Source: the human T2T-CHM13v2.0 reference genome, Homo sapiens. Taken from it: a DNA stretch of 64,000 nt. Shown here piece by piece: positions 47,431-64,000 of the stretch. The stretch lies in NCBI RefSeq assembly GCF_009914755.1, contig NC_060943.1, one strand, 5' to 3'. Numbering within the stretch: position 1 is the stretch's first letter; every line of letters starts with the position of its first letter. The notes under the pieces are model-generated. The model saw nothing but the letters and a program-made list of their open reading frames with translations. It was not told the origin of the DNA and did not search any database. The translations under genes were made by a program, and so were the position numbers.

Positions 47431-47864
47431 CTGGCAGAGCCAGCTGTGCTCAGGCTAAAAACAGCTGTTCTGTTTCTTCTCTGTGCCCCTCTACCCGGCC
47501 CCACTCACTGGTGTCTTGAGAAGGTTTTTAAATTTTCGGAATTCTCAGAACAGATTGTGAAATGTCTGGGTTTGGCTTAGAAATCCCGTGAGAGGGGGCA
47601 TCAGGGGACAGGTGGGTGGATGGGCCTGGGGGGTGTGGAAGGCGGCCGGGTGTCAGGGCCCCAAGCACACGGGAAGGTCAACGGTCGGCACAAAACACAC
47701 ACAAAACACAACCACTGCGAGGCTGAGCCTCGCGGGCGAACCAGCATCTTCCCGTCACTCAGGGAGAGAAGGTTTTCCTTTATAAAGAGGAGAGGAAAGG
47801 AGGCCGGGCACAGTGGCTCACGCCTGTCATCCCAGCACTTTGGGAGGCCGAGGCGGGTGGATCA

Positions 47865-48485
<621 letters not shown>

Positions 48486-48727
48486 TCACCTGCGATCCCT
48501 GAAGCCGTTACCAGTTGCGCCACCTACGGTTGGTACAGGAAGGGGCCCCCACTACCTCTGCCCCCAGGCCGACCCCTGCAAAGCCCCCAGCGTGTTCCAC
48601 GGAACCCTCCCTGCTACCCGCTCCCAGCGCTCCTGTCGCCCTGGCCTGTGCTTTTGAGTCCCCCCAGGACGCACAGGGAGCCTGGAGGACCCGGGGCCCG
48701 CGGGACGGTGCTGGGACCCTCCGGTCA

Positions 48728-49147
<420 letters not shown>

Positions 49148-49443
49148 TCACGTCTCTACTACAAATACAAAAAACAAATTATTCAGGCGTGGTGGCAGGT
49201 GCCTGTAATCCCAGCTACTTAGGAGGCTGACGCAGGAGAATGGCTTGAACCCAGGAAGCCAAGGTCACACCACTGCACTCCAGCCTGGGTGACAAGAACA
49301 AAACTCCATGTAAAAACAAATCAAGAAACCTCAAATCCGTCGACCCCCACTGCTGCCCTGCAGAAGGTCCTATTACCGTCCTCACCCGCCTTTACAGGTG
49401 GGGAAACTGAGGACTGCAAGCCAAACAGCTTGCCTCAGCATGA

Positions 49444-49719
<276 letters not shown>

Positions 49720-49722
49720 TGA

Positions 49723-50002
<280 letters not shown>

Positions 50003-50242
50003 TAGCCAGGATGGTCTCGATCTCCTGACCTCGTGATCCGCCCGCCTCGGCCTCCCAAAGTGCTGGGATTACAGGCGTGAGCCACCGCGCCCGGCCCACA
50101 GCTCTAGTTCTTTAATACACATCAGGTCGGTCATGGTGGCTCATGCCTGTGATCCCAGCATTTGGGGAGGTCAAGGCAGGAGCGTCCCTGAAGGCTGGCA
50201 GTTCAAGACCAGCCAGGGCAACATAGCAAGACCCCATTTCTA

Positions 50243-50501
<259 letters not shown>

Positions 50502-50604
50502 CTACATATTTTATGTATACATCTATGTTATATACATTAATATAGCCAGGTGCAGTGGCTCACACCTGTGTTCCCAGCACTTTGGCGGGATTACGGGCGG
50601 GTCA

Positions 50605-50907
<303 letters not shown>

Positions 50908-51502
50908 TCAAGGTTATTACCATCAGCACGAGACAGGCCGAAGCCATGGGCTTCGACGTGGGGGGCCTGAGACAGACACACGCCACGCCCGGGACTCCCT
51001 CCATTGAGTCCTGAGGCCACCCAGGACCATCCCCACGGAGGGACGCTCTGCAGAGTGACCACCAGCTCTCCTCAATGGCCCCAAGGGCTGAGGGAGGGCA
51101 GAGGGACTGCGCCCGCTGGAGGAGACCCTGACATCTGAAGATGGGTGGCTTGTGTACCCAGGACCCAGCAAAGGGTGGCTGGTGATACTCAGGGGGCTGG
51201 GGCAGAGGGGGCCATTTGGAATCAACTTTCGCGCCCTGGCTTCGATCACAGCCTGGAGGGTTGAGCAAGAGGACAGAATTTAGGGAAGCTGGGGGAGGGA
51301 GGCCGGGGGAGGGAGTTTGGGGAGCGGGGAGGGAGTTTGGACCCTTTGGACTTCTGTAAGCGTGAAATCCTTTCCAAATGAAACGTTAAAAAGCTTTTTT
51401 TCTTTTTGGCCTCCAAGTTCATTCAGTGCTTCTCTCCATTTCACTGTAGGTTTAAACCGTTCAGTTATAAATAAATAATTTTATCCTCTGTCCTCTGTCC
51501 TC

Positions 51503-51677
51503 GGCTTTCCCCCGTTTCCGGCACTGCAGACATGGGGGCTGGATTTGTCTCTGCGGCGGGGCCATCCTGAGCACTGCAGGGCCCTGCCAGGAGCTCCCTC
51601 CAAGTCGTGACAACCACGGATGTCTCCACGCCTCACACAGGGACCCCTGGGGGCAGAATCACCCCAGGGTTAGAGGA
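51503..51677 (-). mobile_element. MER20-like (hAT-Charlie) DNA transposon fossil
   Basis: GTGACAACCACGGATGTCTCC...CCCCTGGGGGCAGAATCACCCC resembles the MER20 reverse complement (consensus recalled from memory). Confidence 0.65.
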
Positions 51678-51711
51678 TTCCACAGACCCCGAGAGACTCT
51701 GAGTCCCATGA

Positions 51712-52209
<498 letters not shown>

Positions 52210-52216
52210 TAATGAA

Positions 52217-52457
52217 CACTGGTCTCTCCCCTGGGCCCTGTGGACATCGGGGCTGGATCCTTCTCTGGGGCCCTGTGGACATCGGGGCTGGATCCTTCTC
52301 TGGGGCAGGCCCGTCCTGGGCACTGCAGGGTGCTAGGCATCATCCTTGGCCTCCACCCACTCCATGCCAGGAGCTCCCCTTTCGTGACAGCCACAGGTGT
52401 CCTCAGACCTCGCCCAGGGTCCCCTGGGGGCAGAATCACCCCTTGATTGAGAATCCT
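52217..52457 (-). mobile_element. MER20-like fossil with an internal 35-bp tandem duplication, ~0.5-0.7 kb upstream of PRTN3
   Basis: GGCATCATCCTTGGCCTCCACCCACTCCATGCCAG...GTCCCCTGGGGGCAGAATCACCCC...TTGAGAA; CCCTGTGGACATCGGGGCTGGATCCTTCTCTGGGG occurs at 52236 and 52271. Confidence 0.75.
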
Positions 52458-52769
52458 GGCCTTAAAGGGGGAAGAAAACCCCCAGACAAAACTGGCAGGA
52501 GGATGTTCGCTGGGGCCTCAGGTGAGGCACTGAGGGCACTCGTGGTGGGGCCCTGCCTTCCCCAGCTCTGCATCCTGTCCCCTGCTACGTCCTGCTGTCT
52601 GTCCGTTTCCAGCTCACCCACCCACGGGACACACCTGCCACGGCCGGCTTTGCTGGGGCCACAGGGACCTCGTCAGGGAGGCGTCTCCTTGTGGGTGGCA
52701 CGTGGGCATGTGTTGCTCTGAGGGCTGTGGCCATGTTGCTCACCTGGCCAGGGACCCCCGACTTGGGTG

Positions 52770-52972
52770 GGTGACAGCCAGCCTCCCCGCCCCCACAAAG
52801 GTCGGGACCTTGAGCCCAAAGCCCCCACCTCCTCCCCGGAGTCCGTTCTGACTCCCAGGCTCCCAAGGCAAAAGGAGGAAGTGGGGACCCAGCCTGGGCA
52901 TTGGGCAACTCAACGGCCTCTGGCATTGGGCTATAAGAGGAGCTTGACCGTGGGTGCACCCTGGACCCCACC
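52770..52972 (+). promoter_or_regulatory. PRTN3: PRTN3 myeloid promoter
   Basis: TATAA 52932-52936; PU.1/ETS GAGGAAGT 52875-52882; C/EBP TTGGGCAA 52901-52908; Myb CAACGG 52911-52916; GC element CCCCGCCCCC near 52785. Confidence 0.9.
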
Positions 52973-60077
<7,105 letters not shown>

Positions 60078-60251
60078 ACCGCCCCTCCCACAGCGCTGGC
60101 CGGGACCCCGAGCCTGGCTCCAAACCCTCGAGGCGGATCTTTGGACAGAAGCAGCTCTTCCCCGAACACTGTGGCGTCCGGGACGGCCCCACCCGTCCCC
60201 CCACACTCCCTCCCACGGGGCTCCGGGAGACAGGCCGGCCCTGCACCTCAC

Positions 60252-60399
60252 CCCACCGTGACCTCAATAAACGTTGAAACTCCCCCTGGCTCCTGTCTGT
60301 CCTTCCCATATAGGGAGGGGAGGGGGAACTGCCCACCGTGACCTCAATAAACGTTGAAACTCCCCCTGGCTCCTGTCTGTCCTTCCCATATAGGGAGGG
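60252..60399 (+). terminator. PRTN3: Duplicated PRTN3 poly(A) cassette (two AATAAA 80 bp apart)
   Basis: Identical 68-bp copies at 60252-60319 and 60332-60399; AATAAA at 60266-60271 and 60346-60351. Confidence 0.93.
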
Positions 60400-61099
60400 A
60401 ACCAGGGAGAGGTCCCCTGGGTTCAAGTCCCCGAGCCCCAAACTCAGGATGGGGGGAGTCGGAGCGGGGGATGGGGGCCCAGGTTGCAGGGGGTCTCTCT
60501 CCTGGATGCTCGTGGCTGTGGGTTCTAACCCGGCCCCATCAGGGTGGCCCTGGGCAGGTTGTTATTCATCTCCGTGCCTCAGTTTCCTCATCTGGAAAAT
60601 GGACTCGCCCCAGACGTTTCCTAGAACTGTCCCTGCTGGCTCAGGGACTCCTTGAGGAAGGGGATGGGGATGGGGAAGCAGCCTGGGGGGCTTCCTGGAG
60701 GAGGTGGCAGTGCCAGAGCTGCATATCAAGGTGTGAACAGAAACATCCGAAGGGCTGCCAGGCAGGGGGCACAGTCCAGGCAGAGACCTGAGGGCTAGAG
60801 GCCAGGGGACGGGGAGGAGGGCAGGCAGGGGAGGGATGTGGGTGCAGGGGAGGGGTAATGGGGTTGGAGCGCTATTTCTCGTAGGAGGGGTAGGCAGGGC
60901 AGGAGTTCCCTGGTAGAAGCATGAGCAATGAACTGGGTGGGGGGGTGGCCAGAGGGGAGGTCCGAGGCGGGGAAGAGGTGGGACTCACAGTCCAGCTCAA
61001 AGACGGGCAAGTGGCCACTAGAAGGAGGCATTAGCCACAGAGAGGGGACGACCTGCTCCAGGACACGTGTAGAGAAGAAATGAAGCTCATTGCTGGTGT

Positions 61100-62101
<1,002 letters not shown>

Positions 62102-63378
62102 AGACAACACTTTCTTAGCTAAGAACTTTATGAACGTGAATTTATTTCATCCTCTTGACAGGTTTATGTGATGGATCCTACGATTATAATTTTACAGAGG
62201 AGGAAACTGAGTCACGGAGAGTTTATTTCAGGGGCCTGAAGTTACACAGTGGCCAAATGGCCACACCAGAACCAGGATATGAACCCAGCGTCGGCACACT
62301 TAATAATGACTGCACGTGAGAATGTAGTATACAGCTGGTGCTCAATAAATGCAGCTGACGCCAAGTCTGATCTCCGTGCTGGAGGCCAAGCCCCTTCCAA
62401 AGATACGGCGTCCCCCACCCCTGAAATCCCCCCACCCCCGACTTGAAACAGGGCTGTGTAGACAGTAGGCGCTTACTAAGTGCACTGTGGTGATGTTAAG
62501 GCAGCAAGGTGGGAACCCTGCCAAAAGGGGAGGGGAGAAGGCAGGGTAGTGTGTGTCTGATTAAGCTGAGGACAGGGCAGACATGGACTGAGCGCCTGCT
62601 GTGTGCCAGGCTCTGGGAGGGCAGGGCCATTGTCTCCCTAACCCGAGAGCCATGGGGGTCCACTTGCCTGTGGTCACGTCAAGACTCCAGCCTGGCCCAG
62701 GCTCTGCGTGTCCCCGGGTGCCCTCGCCCCGCCTATTCCTGGAGACAGGCCCGTTGGTTCCCTTCCCCTCCCCTTGTCCTGGAGCCAGGAGGACGTTGGT
62801 TCTTGCGACAGCCTTGGCCCGGCCGTTGCAGCTGGAACATCGTGGGGGAGATGGGAAGAGGAACGGGGCCCGGAGCCCGGGGCTGGGTCCTGGGAATCCC
62901 TTTCCCGCAGCTGGGACTCCAGCTCCCCTGCCAGTTCCTCCAGGCGGAAGCCCTCAGGCTTGGTCCTCACTCCAGCCTCCCGGCCTGGACAGGAATTCTC
63001 TCTCCAGCAGCCCTGCCAGATGCCCGCCCAGCCCCTGCCTCAGGCGGGGAGGGCTTCAGGGAAGCTCACCAAGGCAGAAGGGCGGGAGAGATTGTCAGAG
63101 CCCCAGCTGGTGTCCAGGGACTGACCGTGAGCCTGGGTGAAAGTGAGTTCCCCGTTGGAGGCAACAGACGAGGAGAGGATGGAAGGCCTGGCCCCCAAGA
63201 ATGAGCCCTGAGGTTCAGGGAGCGGCTGGAGTGAGCCGGCCCCAGATCTCCGTCCAGCTGCGGGTCCCAGAGGCCTGGGTTACACTCGCAGCTCCTGGGG
63301 GAGGCCCTTGACGTGCCTCAGTTCCCAAACAGGAACCCTGGGAAGGACCAGAGAAGTGCCTATTGCGCAGTGAGTGCC

Positions 63379-63698
63379 CGACACAGCTGCATGTGGCCGG
63401 TATCACAGGGCCCTGGGTAAACTGAGGCAGGCGACACAGCTGCATGTGGCCGGTATCACAGGGCCCTGGGTAAACTGAGGCAGGCGACACAGCTGCATGT
63501 GGCCGGTATCACAGGGCCCTGGGTAAACTGAGGCAGGCGACACAGCTGCATGTGGCCGTATCACAGGGCCCTGGGTAAACTGAGGCAGGTGACACAGCTG
63601 CATGTGGCCGGTATCACGGGGCCCTGGATAAACAGAGGCAGGCGACACAGCTGCATGTGGCCGGTATCACGGGGCCCTGGGTAAACTGAGGCAGGCGA
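63379..63698 (+). repeat. 6 x 53-bp tandem repeat (REP53-type enhancer element) in the ELANE 5' flank
   Basis: Unit CGACACAGCTGCATGTGGCCGGTATCACAGGGCCCTGGGTAAACTGAGGCAGG; E-boxes CAGCTG and CATGTG in each unit. The position fits the known AZU1-PRTN3-ELANE order. Confidence 0.88.
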
Positions 63699-63834
63699 GG
63701 CCACCCCCATCAAGTCCCTCAGGTCTAGGTTTGGCAGGTTTGGCAAAAACACAGCAACGCTCGGTTAAATCTGAATTTCGGGTAAGTATATCCTGGGCCT
63801 CATTTGGAAGAGACTTAGATTAAAAAAAAAACGT

Positions 63835-64000
63835 CGAGACCAGCCCGGCCAACACGGTGAAACCCCGTCTCTACTAAAAATACAAAAAATTAGCCAGGCG
63901 CAGTGGCTCACGCCTGTGATCCCAGCACTCTGGGAGGCTGAGGCAGGCGGATCACCCGAGGTCAGATGTTCAAGACCAGCCTGGCCGACAGGGCGAAACA
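63835..64000 (+). mobile_element. Alu fragments at the window end
   Basis: Alu motifs, truncated by the window edge. Confidence 0.8.

Noticed and set aside
45784-47580. Six overlapping 455-566-aa ORFs on both strands
   Set aside because: They are produced by the stop-free 40-bp VNTR; there is no promoter, splice or domain evidence for a gene.
62509-64000. ELANE coding sequence or a 231-aa ORF at the window end
   Set aside because: No elastase-like translation is present; only the ELANE upstream flank is in the window.

Overview
Human (primate) chromosome 19p13.3 sequence, GC-rich and Alu-dense. Four complete protein-coding genes were reconstructed exon by exon from splice signals. PTBP1 (+, 15 coding exons, 557 aa) includes alternative exon 9, the NMD-switch exon 11 and intronic MIR4745. 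PLPPR3 (-, 7 coding exons, 718 aa) lies tail-to-tail with PTBP1 and has MIR3187 antisense inside its last exon. AZU1 (+, 251 aa) is a pseudo-protease and PRTN3 (+, 256 aa) carries the Ile119 allele. The window ends in the ELANE upstream region, at a 6 x 53-bp repeat; the ELANE CDS is outside it. Most long ORFs in the track come from GC-rich VNTRs or Alus. There is no prokaryote-type system. The most unusual features are tandem duplications of RNA-processing signals. The PRTN3 intron 4/exon 5 junction is triplicated, with an intact decoy acceptor that would give GDSGGP-stop. The PRTN3 poly(A) cassette is duplicated, and a PLPPR3 5' splice site is copied into a minisatellite. Also notable are two similar MIR-core 52/53-bp minisatellites upstream of PTBP1 and ELANE, a 35 x 40-bp CpG/G4 VNTR between AZU1 and PRTN3, and a possible PTBP1-readthrough/miR-3187/PLPPR3 antisense circuit. 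All functional proposals are hypotheses, and the Alu cluster boundaries are approximate.
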